A stretch of 64,000 nt of DNA from Fistulifera solaris (lineage: Eukaryota). Shown piece by piece: positions 27,118 through 38,480 of the stretch (its first letter is position 1; each line of letters starts with the position of its first letter). Location: positions 744,001 to 808,000 of the forward strand of contig AP026143.1 of the NCBI GenBank assembly GCA_030295235.1, read 5' to 3'. The notes below the pieces were generated by a model. That model made no database searches. It was given only the letters and a program-made list of their open reading frames with translations, and was not told the origin of the DNA. Made by a program: the position numbers and the translations under genes.

Positions 27118-28095
27118 TCAATTATTCGACATTATTGGAAAATGTTCTTCGTTTGCGTACTGAATCAAAATGCTTTCCAATGATTCATCCGAATGAAAAC
27201 CGAGCTCTTGGGCTCGCTCTGTTTCGATACATTGAGCTGATAACTTGGAAGCGTATTCCACATCTACCGAATTAGAAGCACAACGAATGTGCTGTATTGC
27301 CTCTCTTCCAGCTACACGTTCGAGGGTGTTAATCGTTTCTTGGACTGTTAACGAGATACCCGGCATGGTAAGGATGCGATCCGCTGGTAATACCGGCTCA
27401 TACACTGCTGCATGGAGCAAGAATCCTACAGCCGCCCTCCAAGAAGCAATTGTAAGCATAGAGCTTTTGCTGATGGGCAACAATTCAGCTTCCTTCCCGT
27501 GCCATGGATCACGGAGTACACTCGACAAATAGGAAAAAGCAACGGTGCCGGATGAATCTGGTCGTATCACGATGATAGGCAGTCGGATACTTGTTGCCGT
27601 AACAACGCCTTTCCGCGTCGAATCTTCCAACATCTCCTCAATAGCCTTTTGGGTTGCGTGTGCTGTACTAAAAGTGTTCGCCTGATTTGCTGCTATTTGA
27701 GGAGTATGATAAAAATCCACGCTGGAGGCAAATACCAATCGTGGCTGGTAATCTCCGAGCTTCCGCATCGTCTCCAGAAGGAGCAACGACCCTTCCAGTA
27801 TCACGGCATAACCGACGTCTACATCCGCCTCAACTTGATCCGTAATCGCCGCCAAATGAAAGATGAATTGAGGCAAGTTCCCCAACATGGCGCTCACATG
27901 AGAAGAATTGGTCATGTCAACTGCCAGAGCGTTGACACACATGTTGCTACTATCAGAGGGAATGTCCGGTTCCTCGACGTCGGCGAGCGTCAAATGCGTT
28001 ACGCGATAATTCCCAAAACCACCCTTTTGAATCAACGAGTCGACCAATTTCTTGGCAATCCAACTGGATGCTCCGATAACCAAAACGTGTACCAT
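27118..28095 (-). CDS. Extended SDR / NAD-dependent epimerase resembling bacterial D-erythronate dehydrogenase (DenD), with degenerate motifs
   Basis: HVLVIGA, IFHLAA, PRLVFASS, IRLPIIVIRP, AAVGFLLHAA, LTMPGISLTV and RAQELGF. Intronless. Confidence 0.75.
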   Translation of the reverse strand: MVHVLVIGASSWIAKKLVDSLIQKGGFGNYRVTHLTLADVEEPDIPSDSSNMCVNALAVDMTNSSHVSAMLGNLPQFIFHLAAITDQVEADVDVGYAVILEGSLLLLETMRKLGDYQPRLVFASSVDFYHTPQIAANQANTFSTAHATQKAIEEMLEDSTRKGVVTATSIRLPIIVIRPDSSGTVAFSYLSSVLRDPWHGKEAELLPISKSSMLTIASWRAAVGFLLHAAVYEPVLPADRILTMPGISLTVQETINTLERVAGREAIQHIRCASNSVDVEYASKLSAQCIETERAQELGFHSDESLESILIQYANEEHFPIMSNN

Positions 28096-28381
28096 GTTGA
28101 GGAAAATGATGTTGTTGGATGGAAGGCTACTGGTGATAACAATTGTGAGAAAATCTTCGGCGAGTTGTGCATCAGAAAGGGTTCGCATCAGTTTTCGAAT
28201 TCGCTCCGATCGAGAATACACCAATTTGCTAAATACGAGAACTGGACTTGTTTCAAATGCTGGCTCTCATCATTATAACACAAGAGGAAGCCCATATTTC
28301 GATAACCACACGCTTCTACGTTTCAACGTCTAATCAAAAGTTGCCTCTAAACCATTTCGTCTATAAAAATTAGTCTCTTTT

Positions 28382-29743
28382 CTATCCTACCAAAAGATAA
28401 TCAGCCAAAGGTAGTACACCGCCCGTGGACTCCTCCGCTCGCAGTTGCTCGGCGGGTGCAGATGACCAGTCGACATTCTCTTTGAGATAGCGGAGCTGCA
28501 ATGTCAAACGGTCTGGTTGATCCACCGAGTCAGCACCGGGTACCAAAGCCACGGAACCCGAAGGACGCGTATCGATCAAAGTAGGATTGAGTAATACCGA
28601 GACCGTTGATTGTTCCGGTCCCGCTAACTGCGCGTACCGTCCCGGGATGCCTTTTTGAAATTTGACGTGGTCAGCACCCACTAGACCGACCAGTAGACCT
28701 ACTTCGTTCGCACGCGTCCACATATAGGCACGACTGGCCATGGACTGATCCCAAAGGATCCGACCGCTAAAGAAGTTTCGAAACGACATTTCTTGATCGA
28801 GTTTTTCTCCCGACATAGTATGTTTTAATAATCCCATAGATTGATGCAATTCGAACGAGGGACGAATAACATAGTCGACATAGGTCGAATATTGCAGACC
28901 GCGTGCAAAACTGGCAAAGGCGGGGCTGAGCAAGTGACATTGGAATTACAATGATGAGATGACACGCTTATTATCGGTTTTCAGGTTCGTACACAAGGTC
29001 GATCGACTCTTACCGATCAATGATGTATTCTTTCAGACGATCTTTCGGCAGTCCTGGCAATCCCTCCTTCTCCACGAGAGCCAAATCTTCAGAATTGACA
29101 TTCAGAGCCACTAGAGGAATGCCCCGTTGTTGCGCTAGGCGAAACACAGGGGCATACGTGTCAAACGACCAATTCCATCGCGTATTCCATTCGACGCCTT
29201 GTCGTAACTGTTCGAGTGACAAATTCCCCGCCACAAAAGTCATCCAGTATGGGCTGAAATTGTATCTGTACCTGTTCGAGTCCGATCGCCAGAGGTCCTT
29301 TTCTATTCTGGTGCAAGGATTCTACGAGAAGTGCTTGTAAATTGTGATCACGGGCCGCGTTGTGATGTTCGCCTAACCAAAGTGCCCCCGACGAAATCGA
29401 AGAGATACTCTGCAGAAATTGATCAGGCTTTCAATAGTTTAGACAAAAATAGGAGATATCAAAGGTGAGCGAACTTCTAGAATCAATGGAGAACATTTGA
29501 GAAGAAAAAATGACTCACTTCAACGACACCTAACGTCGGCGACAAGGCGCTTGTAGCATCAGGATACACTTGGTAAGCAGTAAACGTATCTCTTGCTTTT
29601 GCTGACTTTGATGCAGAAAATAGGCCGCTTCCGACTCCGAGCATAACATTCTGTAAGAGTTGTCTTCGTTCGACTTGCAAGGCGTGAAGACAGCTCGGAA
29701 TGATGAGAGTTAAAAGGAAAGCGTATTGTGTCGTGACTTTCAT
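28382..29743 (-). CDS. ChaN/Tiki-superfamily haem-binding-uptake domain protein, probably plastid (thylakoid lumen) targeted; spliced
   Basis: WLGEHHNAARDHNLQA, YAPVFRLAQQRGIPLVALNV, ILWDQSMA and LVGADHVKF. The N-terminus has a signal peptide followed by RR...hydrophobic...AKA. Confidence 0.75.
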
Positions 29744-30603
29744 TCTCACTTTCTCTTTCGCGGCTTTTCAAATGAATGAATCGATTGAAGGTGATTTGAA
29801 TGAGAATTCACACCCTTCTCGCATTGGGCACTGTGTTAATGGAGTTTTGATAAGGTGTCATTTCTTTGTTTCGACAGTTATTGTTGCAAGAATTGAGAAC
29901 ACTTCCATCATCACAGCAAGCGAAACTCGAACATTTCCTTGAACTCGAAAGGATGAGAAAGAGAAAGTATACGCATCTCCTTCTCTTCGCACCTAGGCCC
30001 GCTAACGCCTGTGGCTATACCACCTACTGTAGTAAACCGGTATTCAACGGCTGCAACTAAATTCATTTTAATTGAGTGTAAATTTGGACTGTGGCTGCTA
30101 ATGTGAACAAACGGCATTCATTTGAAGATAGTTGACTGTAGTGACTTATGCCGCGCACGAACGCGCACGCGCACCAAGCGCACAAAGGTCGGATGCTGTA
30201 CTGTTGATGTGAGTGTAAACGGACAACAAGCAAGAACATCCGACGAAAAAACGCGCTTTGAAAGATCCGGAAGGATTTATCCCCCTCCAAGAGGTCCGAG
30301 GCCCAGATCTTTTCAAGATTACAAAGAGCTGCATCCGTTATTGCTGTCAAGACGACTCGGATTATGTATGTTATCATTCACACAACCATCAAAGCAGAGC
30401 TCGTGGTTGTTGATGAAACAAAGATAGTCACATTCCTCATGGCTTGACGACTGACGACTCCTCGTCGGCGCAAGACGCAAAATAGGAATAGCTAATCAAT
30501 CGATTCCCTGCAATTCGGAAAGCAACTAGGAGCAATCGCTTCATCAATGACTATCAGTATGTTTTTTAATTTAACAATCACTATTCCCAGCAGCACTTTT
30601 ACA

Positions 30604-31756
30604 TTAAAGAGGACCAGACGGACTCCTTCCTTGTTGCTGCTGCTGCTGCCTCAAGAGCAAATACAACACACGCGGATCGATGGGCTGTTGTGTACGAGGA
30701 TCGATCGCATGTTGCTGCCCTGGTTGTTGTCCAGGAAGTTGTTGCAGCGCTCGAGTGAGCTGATCCTGTCGGCGGTACGACAAATCTTGGAGAAATGCCG
30801 TGTTCGAGACGGAAGGTTGAGCCGACTGCATGTACAACGACGAGGGCAAGGAGGATTGTAGCAATGGGTTGTTTCGCCCAGCAGAGTTCGCCATTTGTTG
30901 CTGTCGAAGACGAATTCCTTGCAAACGATTCATTTCTTGTTGCGAAGGAAGATACGACAAGGAGGATGCACACCCATAACCCGGAAGAGACGTCGGTGAC
31001 GAAGAGATGTTCGACAATTGGCTGGCGAAGTTGTCGAGGCGGCTCGTCCTGCTTTCGTCCATGCTCGCCTCGCGACCGGTTAGGGCACCCACCACTGGCA
31101 CAGCTCCGGGGATAGCTAGTTTGCGCTGCTTCTTTTCACTATCAATTTCAATGAATCTCAGGAGATCTTCCCGACCGCGCTGAAAGCAGTCATGATGGTA
31201 GGCGAAAGTGCCCTTCGGATACCGATCTTCATCGAGAATACGTTTGAAACCAAAACGATTCAGTTTTCTAGTAAAACTTTGGAACTTGGTTCCCTGGAAG
31301 TGGGGCTCCAAAACGGTTTCGCTGAATGACTGGGGAAAGATGCAGAATTCAGTGCCGTCCGCATTCCATCGAATAACGTGAGCGAATTCAGAAAACGAAA
31401 GAATGCGCATGATCTTTTCTGGGAAGTTCATTGAGGTCTTTTCGGCACCGAAGGGACGTTCGGCGGATATTTCTTCATCCTTTTTGGCTGGGTTGGGCGA
31501 CGAGTCATTCAGAAGGGAAGGCGACCGACGTTGGATTTTGTATTCGATTTTCCCATCATCACTCTCTTCTGGATTTACTTTTCCTCTCTTCTGAGGTGTA
31601 GACTCTGCTTGAATAAAGGACATGCGGCACAGTGAGCTTGCAATTCAAATTCTTCGAACACAAAAGATGATATGCCTTGTTTACGGTCGTCGTAGATTAT
31701 GGCGGCGTACCTTCCGCATCGTTCTCGAGGATTCTCTTCGGCGATCTTTGTTCCAT
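30604..31756 (-). CDS. Heat shock factor (HSF DNA-binding domain, Gln-rich C-terminus), copy 1
   Basis: FPEKIMRIL...IRW...FQSFTRKLNRFGFKR...YHHDCFQRGR. A short first exon (31756-31711) is followed by a GT-AG intron ending near 31605. Confidence 0.92.
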
Positions 31757-33074
31757 GGTCTGTCTTATGATTGGTAAAACGTTAATTGAGCTTTTCGGTT
31801 TGTTGATAAATGCGCAATGCGTACTTTATTTTCGAAAAATCAAAAGTGTGAGAGAAGAACCTTTGAAATAGCTTTTGGATAAGAATTGGGCGTCTCCAGT
31901 CTCCAGAGTGGGGTTAGGTCTCCGCTTGCCGCATCGCCGCAATCATTCTCCGCATCATCGCGAATGCGCAAGGCGTTTTCGACAATTTATTGTTGGGAAC
32001 ACGACGAGCAGTAGATGTAAGTACGAAAAATTCATCATTTCATGAGCTTCAAAGCCGCGACGGCTGAGTATAGCTGACAAAAGTACACACCACCAGTGGC
32101 GTCGACTAAACCCCCACAGGATTAATTTGTCCGAGCCCTTTCAATAAGTATTAGCTGTCCGTTAGGGAATGCCAGTTTAACAATTAGGGAATGCCACTGT
32201 AACACTTCTCATTTCAGGGATACTTTTCACCAAGACTGGATTCTCCCAGTGAAGTAGGGCATTCGACTTTACTTAGTAAGCACAGAGAATTATTGGTGTG
32301 TCTGGGGTACTACGCTTGGATATCAGAAGTGTGAATCAACGATCAATGCGTGTCTATTTTGTTCTTTTCGAATTTCGAAGTATAAAGTGCGTACGATTGA
32401 GGATTTTGCAAAAACAATGTAATACGCCCCATCGGCTTTCACTTATCTCATTCCCATTTCAATATTCCCCAGACTGTTCACAAAGGCTGAAGCCCAGGAG
32501 CGGCGAGCGACTAGAAACGAGAAACGAGATTGGAGATTGGAAAGCGCTTGGAAAGTTGATTAGAATGTCACCATAGACCATAGTCGGGACTCCATACTTT
32601 AGGCCGTGCCCTGCAGTCACAGAAATTGGGATAATACTGATGTGCAACAAGCCGCTCTCACTCTCAAATCCCCACTCCCAAGGGACTCCGGAGTCCGGAG
32701 ACCGAAGAAGTGTTCAGCTTTTGCGTCTTTCTGCTTTGAGCTGAACACTGAACACTGTCCGGGAATCAACACAGTTACTCACTGGTCATGGAACGCAGGC
32801 TCTAGTTTGAAACACCTCTTGCTTTCTTTCCACGTTTAGATCCTACTCTGCAAGGAATCTATTTACTTGTCTTCAATTCGACACCGTAACCCATTGTCAT
32901 CGTCACAACCAGTGTCTCATCTCATCTCTAAGATCTCAATCCTCAGCATACGTCACCTATCTAGATTGAGTTGCGAGGTGAATCTAGAGTAAAGAATACC
33001 AGGACTCTGTTATTTTAAGAGTACTGCTTTCAAACACTATATCTCGCAGCTTTTAAAGCATTCAGCCAGCTCTG

Positions 33075-34350
33075 TCATGGCTGCGGAGACGAGTGTCGCC
33101 GTTCAGGAGCTTGCCTTGCCAGTAATAGTTGCAATAGCAAAGGATCTATTGACTGTTGCCCTTGTATTTGTTGACGCTGCTGCCCCGGTAGTTGTTGCAA
33201 TGCCTGCGCTAACTGGTCTTGACGTTGGTACGAAAGCCCGCGAGCCAATGCCGCATCCAAGAATGGCATCTGCATTTGAGGGGAGTGTAGGTTCAATGAC
33301 GACAGTAAAGGGTCGAAAGAAGTTTCTGCGCCGGGAAAACTCGCATGTCTAAGCGGAGGCAAGCGAGATTGACTTAAAAGGACCCGTTGTTGCATAGCTC
33401 TCTGGCTTTCCAGAATAAATTGAATACGATTCAATTCCGATTGCGATGGTAGATGCGCAACTGTTGATGCCACAGGTAATCCTGCTGCTGCAGGGGGTGA
33501 TGCCAAGACGCCTGATAACTGATTGCTGAAATCATTAAGATCGCTCGGTCTACTCTCCGCTTTAATCTCCTCCCCGAACAGCTGGGTTTTCGTCGGTAGT
33601 AACAGGACGTCGAACAGGGTCGGAGACGGCAAGTTTGCGTTGTTTTTTGTCGCTATCTATTTCCATCTTTTTCACGAGATCTTCTTTCCCCCTTTGAAAG
33701 TACTCATGACGGTAAGCAAAGGTACCTTTCGGATACCGATCCTCGTCAAGAATTCGTTTGAAACCCCAGCTGTAAGTTTGTGGGTAAGGAGTGAGATGAA
33801 TGATTCTTGAAAATAATTTCATCTTAAATCACCACTGAACCGTAACTTACCGATTTAGTTTTCTTGTAAAGGACTGAAATTTAGTGCCTTGAAAATGGGG
33901 CTCCAAAACGGTCTCGGTGAAAGAGTCGGGGACAATCGAAAATTCAGTGCCCTGTGCATTCCATCGGATAACGTGGGTGAATTCTGGAAACGAGAGAATA
34001 CGCATAATCTTTTCCGGAAAAGTCATTTGTGTCTTCTCGGAGCCAAACGGACGTTTCGAGGAGATGTCTTCATCCTTTTCAATGGAGCCGACGACGGATT
34101 GTTGACTAGCGAAGGCGAGCGTCGTTGGATTTTGTAATCGATTTTCCCATCATCTTTTTCCTCAGCATTAACTTTCCCGCGCTTCTGCGGTGTAACTTTG
34201 ACTTGTAAAAGAAAAAAGAAGTATTAGTTTTGTCTGCAGTATTCTCGAATAAAAAACGCTTTACATTTCCTTTGACTTTCGTCGTGCAATTTGATGACAC
34301 CTACCTTCGGCATCAGCCTCATGTCCCCGTTTTAGCGGATTGTTATCCAT
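33075..34350 (-). CDS. Heat shock factor, copy 2 (tandem paralog; two introns, two homopolymer frameshifts)
   Basis: Same DBD (TKFQSFTRKLN-intron-WGFKRILDEDRYPKGTFAY) and a shared C-terminal LSYQRQDQL..ALQQLPGQQ segment. Indels at 34076-34079 and 33572-33575. Confidence 0.85.
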
Positions 34351-34945
34351 TGATGACGATTTTTGAGTGAGTGGATCAAAGGCCAAGAGCTGTTATATGT
34401 TATACGTTTTAGTGCACGCAATGATTGTAAAAAAATGAGAGATGTTTGTCTTGATGTCTTGGTGTCGGTTTTTTGTTTTTGTTTTTATGTTGCGCGTTTC
34501 GCCATCTCGGTCTCAATTATTCGCACTTCCTTGTGAACGTCCTACAAGCGCACTTATGGCTCGATGCTCGTCGGCTTCTGTTTTACTGTAGGCGGAGAAA
34601 TTGAAGCATCTTTTCATTCTTAGATCGTCTTGGACTCCATACTATCTTTTCTAGTCTGATTAATACAGTCTTAACTCCGTTCGTGAATGTCGAACTTCAT
34701 TATTCACCTTCGCTTACGAGAAATTCCAGTATTCAATTATTCCCCAAGACCGATCTCGCAAGTAAGAAAATGGCGTCTTACACACCCTCTCGGTCTATAG
34801 ACACAAACTGTAGAGATTAAGGGATGGTCAAGACATAGACGAATTTGTTGGCTCGATTGCCACGCGAGCAAAGGCCCGAAAGAAGTTAAGGTTTGTATTG
34901 TCTTACTGTGCCGAGGAGTCCTGGTTCAAAATTAGCTTTTCTACA

Positions 34946-35119
34946 TCTATCTATCTATTTATAATAGCGCGCTGTGTCCGTGTGTGTGTCACGTAACGTA
35001 ACGCTGGTCCCGGGTGTCGAATCACGGGTGTGACGCTATCCCCGGGGATCGAGCCCCCGCTTGCGGGAAGGGCGAGAACGAAAAAAGCCCTGCAGGGGCT
35101 AGACGCCGAAGGCGGCTAG
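34946..35119 (+). mobile_element. Non-autonomous mini-Helitron, 174 bp
   Basis: Starts A|TCTATCTATCTATTTATAATA, contains a GT-rich microsatellite and GC-rich hairpins (AGCCCtgcagGGGCT, CGCCgaaGGCG), and ends CTAG|T with no target-site duplication. Confidence 0.75.
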
Positions 35120-35647
35120 TAAATTATAAATTCAGAAACAATACGAAGCGACCAGCGGCCAGACGGTCCTATGATGACTCAGGATTTTAGAAAATGCGGT
35201 GTCAAACGAGGCTAAGGATGCATCATTGAATCATGTATCAAGGCGTGTGAACTATGGCTTATATTAAGAAGACCCTCTCTAGAGAGAACAGCTCTAGCTA
35301 GCGTTTACTCCAGCGATCTGCGAGATAAGCAATTGATTTGCTTGACGGGTTCATAGTGACGAAGGCATCGGTTCCTTGCTTTCATGCTTGAGTTCGTTTA
35401 GCACCAGGCGTTGACTAGCCCGCAACGAAATTGTAAAGATCGTCTAATTTACGATAGAGATTTTCGGGAAACGCTTCAATTGTACAACAGAATCTCTCAA
35501 CCTACGAGAACCTGATTTTTTCGGGGGCTGATTGATGGTTTATTTAGTCAGAGACGACACTAATCAGATAGCTCAATAAAATATAGTCTCCCTGTTTGTT
35601 GAAAGTCAACATGTTTGACATTGTGACCGGCAACAGTTTTGGTTACT

Positions 35648-36283
35648 TTATTTGTCCCCAGTTGTCAAAAATGAATCTTCCAGATCCAAGCAAAATGAGT
35701 CTTCATCGACAGTGACAAACGATTCTTTCATTTTTCCAATTTCACTCGCGAAACTGGCATCCATAGTCAAGGCAGACAGAGTGGTCGCCATCGAGTCCCG
35801 GAATCCACTATCCACGGAAGCTCGCTTGAAGGGTTTCGACGGCGGAGCTTTCGCACAGGCAACGGTGTCATCAGAAAAGCGGTCAAAACTGAAACTTTCT
35901 GAAAGAGTGTTGATCGAATTGTCTCCAGTATTCTTGTCCTTAGCAAATGCTTCGATGCTAGCACTATCGAGTGATGTTCTTCGATTAGGAATCAAAGGCG
36001 GATCCGAGCTGCATATTGTTTCATTAATGGATGTTGTCAAACTTGGCGTCTGAAAGCGCCCCACCGTTACTTCCATTAAGAACTCGCTGCTATGGGGTTC
36101 GTCTATAGTAGCCAGTTGTTGTGTTTTAAACGATCTTGATTTTGCTTTTTGAGTAAATCTGGAGGCTATTCGGTTGCCGACGGCTTTTGCAATATTGCGC
36201 GGGCCCGCTATACCTGTTCGTAACATTCGCTTCGCGTTAGAACCGTGCTCGTCGGAAGAATCATCATGAGATTTCGTTGTCAT
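35648..36283 (-). CDS. Hypothetical Ser-rich protein with a KAPPSKPFKRAS motif (paralog A)
   Basis: Open frame of about 211 aa from the ATG at 36283; shares a motif with the neighbouring gene. Confidence 0.6.
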   Translation of the reverse strand: MTTKSHDDSSDEHGSNAKRMLRTGIAGPRNIAKAVGNRIASRFTQKAKSRSFKTQQLATIDEPHSSEFLMEVTVGRFQTPSLTTSINETICSSDPPLIPNRRTSLDSASIEAFAKDKNTGDNSINTLSESFSFDRFSDDTVACAKAPPSKPFKRASVDSGFRDSMATTLSALTMDASFASEIGKMKESFVTVDEDSFCLDLEDSFLTTGDK

Positions 36284-36758
36284 GGTGTTGATCAATGGAT
36301 ACGAAAGCAAGTTATGATTACACAACGTTTGTTGAAAAATGAAGAATAAATGAATGATAAGAAAAGACCACCTTCCACTTGAGTGTCGGAAGCTTGCATT
36401 ATTATTTGCAGACAATTGCAGCGGCTGTTGGCTGTTGGCTGTTTGCTGATTGCTGCTGTCGATGACACCCATGCAAAAAAAGTATCGCATTAAAGTACTG
36501 TAGCTGTACTGGTAGGGCCGGAATCTTTAGAGGGGCAATAAGAACATGGGGGCAATTGGTGATCGGCTTGGCCTACGGCCTACAGTACCAGGTACTGTAC
36601 GGCCTACGGCGCCCTTTTGTCCTCCACATTATTGCCTCTATTGTCTATTAGAGTTAGTGAGATGGATAACTGATAGACTCATGACTGAAAGCCAGTCTTG
36701 ACGAAAAATACACAGAACTACTTTTAGGACTTTTAGGACTACTAGTAGAATGCTAATA

Positions 36759-36854
36759 TTTACATCCGAGGCATTACCGATGATAACCAGTGAGGAATGC
36801 ATTGCATTTACATCCGAGGCATTATCGATGATAACCAATGAGGAATGCATTGCA
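36759..36854. repeat. 48-bp direct tandem duplication (2 copies, 2 mismatches)
   Basis: TTTACATCCGAGGCATTAYCGATGATAACCARTGAGGAATGCATTGCA occurs twice. Confidence 0.9.
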
Positions 36855-37155
36855 AAGTCCACAGCTAGGATATACATGCAACTTGACGGACTCATTTTAA
36901 TCTACGTAGAAAGAAAGTTAGGATTATGTAGGACGAACGACCGGATGGATCATCTGATGAAACTCATGACTAAACCAGTCGTGACTAAACTACGAAAATC
37001 TTTCGAAGAAAAGTCCTGGGCGAATTTGAGGTAAAAAGCAATTATAAATTTTATGAATTCTCAACTTTTCGCCAAGATACAATTAGGTTTATACCGTTGG
37101 CGTCTGTTTGGCATTATGAACACAAGCAAAACACTCGCAGACTAAATCTTTCGCC

Positions 37156-37759
37156 CTAACAGTCGAATGAAAATTCAGTCTCATCCTCTTCGGATTGGTA
37201 CGATCCGTCGAAACTCGATCCCGTCGTAATGCCAGATATTGTACTAGTCATCGAGTCTCGAAAACCATGAGCCATTGATGCTCGCTTGAATGGTTTAGAT
37301 GGTGGAGCTTTGTTGCAAGGAATTGTCTCTTCGACGAATCGGTCAAATACAGCTGGTGACTGCTGCTCGTGCTTCAAATCACTTTCTGTCTTTTTCTCCT
37401 TTATCCTTGTTTGACGTACTTTCTTCGGTGAAGGAAAGATCCATGGAAACTTGTCGCCTGGGCAACGACGGCGGTTTAGCGCTACAGGCCGTTTCCTTGA
37501 TAAACAATTCCAGACTAGGAGTCTTCACGAGTTCCACAAGGGAATCATGGGAATTTTCTCTTGCGATCGGCTCTTTGATGATTGCCAACAGCCGCTTATT
37601 CAATGACAAATTGGGAGGTCCTGTAAGCGACTTTGTGGAGGATGTCACTTTGCCAATCACTTTGGCCAACCTCGATGAACCTGATGCTGTAGCGGCACCA
37701 ACAACATGCCGAAATCTTGTTGTTTTAATTGGCGACAGTTTGTGCACTTCTGGTTTCAT
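37156..37759 (-). CDS. Hypothetical protein, paralog B (frame break near 37380)
   Basis: NKAPPSKPFKRASMAHGFRDSMTSTISGIT aligns with AKAPPSKPFKRASVDSGFRDSMATTLSALT in paralog A. Confidence 0.55.
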
Positions 37760-38009
37760 GATGTTTGTTTTTCCTAAAAGGTATTGTGTTGTTGCAGGTT
37801 GGTTGCTTGTTTGCCCGAACGAGTTGCTGGTCTTCTATCGTGCATGCAAGCATTGTCGATGGCTTCGATGATCGATGATGATCTGGTCCTCTAGCCAGAG
37901 ATTCGAGATTCATGCTGAAATCTCCGGGAAAGAACACGGAGCAGCATCCTTTTCGGGTTTTCGGACAAAGTGACAATAATGGTGACCCTACCCTGTACCT
38001 GGTACTTTT

Positions 38010-38480
38010 TATAGGCACGAGGCACGAGACAAGAGACAAGAAAGCACAACACACAAGAAGGCACAAGGCACAAGCAAAAAGCAAACAAGCAAACAGCAAA
38101 CAAGTAAGTACAGTAAGTTAGGTAGAAACAAGCACGCACTTAGGTCATAAGTCATAAGTCATAAGTCAAGTCATATGCTATCAGACACGAAACACGAAAC
38201 ACGTGCCACTTGCCACGTGCCACGTTTGCTTTACTGTACAATAATGAAACAGTACTGTAGTCTAGAAAAAAAAAACGATTTTCCTTTTTCCGCTTCCAGC
38301 TTCCACTTTTTAGTTGACCCTACCCTCTAGCCTCTAGACCCTCTACCCTCTAACCTCTAGCCTTTCTAGACTCTAGAGACTCAAGACTCTAGACTAAAGA
38401 ACTCTAACACCTAGAAATAATACCGTTACGCCGCTACGCCTAAAGCTTGACGGTTGACCGCTCATTGGACCGCTGACCCA
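38010..38480. repeat. Mosaic of 7-bp-period micro-repeats
   Basis: GTCATAA x3, ACACGAA x2.7, TGCCACG x2, GCACGAG/ACAAGAG and CCTCTAG-type runs. Confidence 0.75.

Noticed and set aside
27649..28278. Long antisense ORFs (also 41199-41846, 53941-54609, 61556-62119)
   Set aside because: They are shadows of well-supported genes on the opposite strand and have no motifs of their own.
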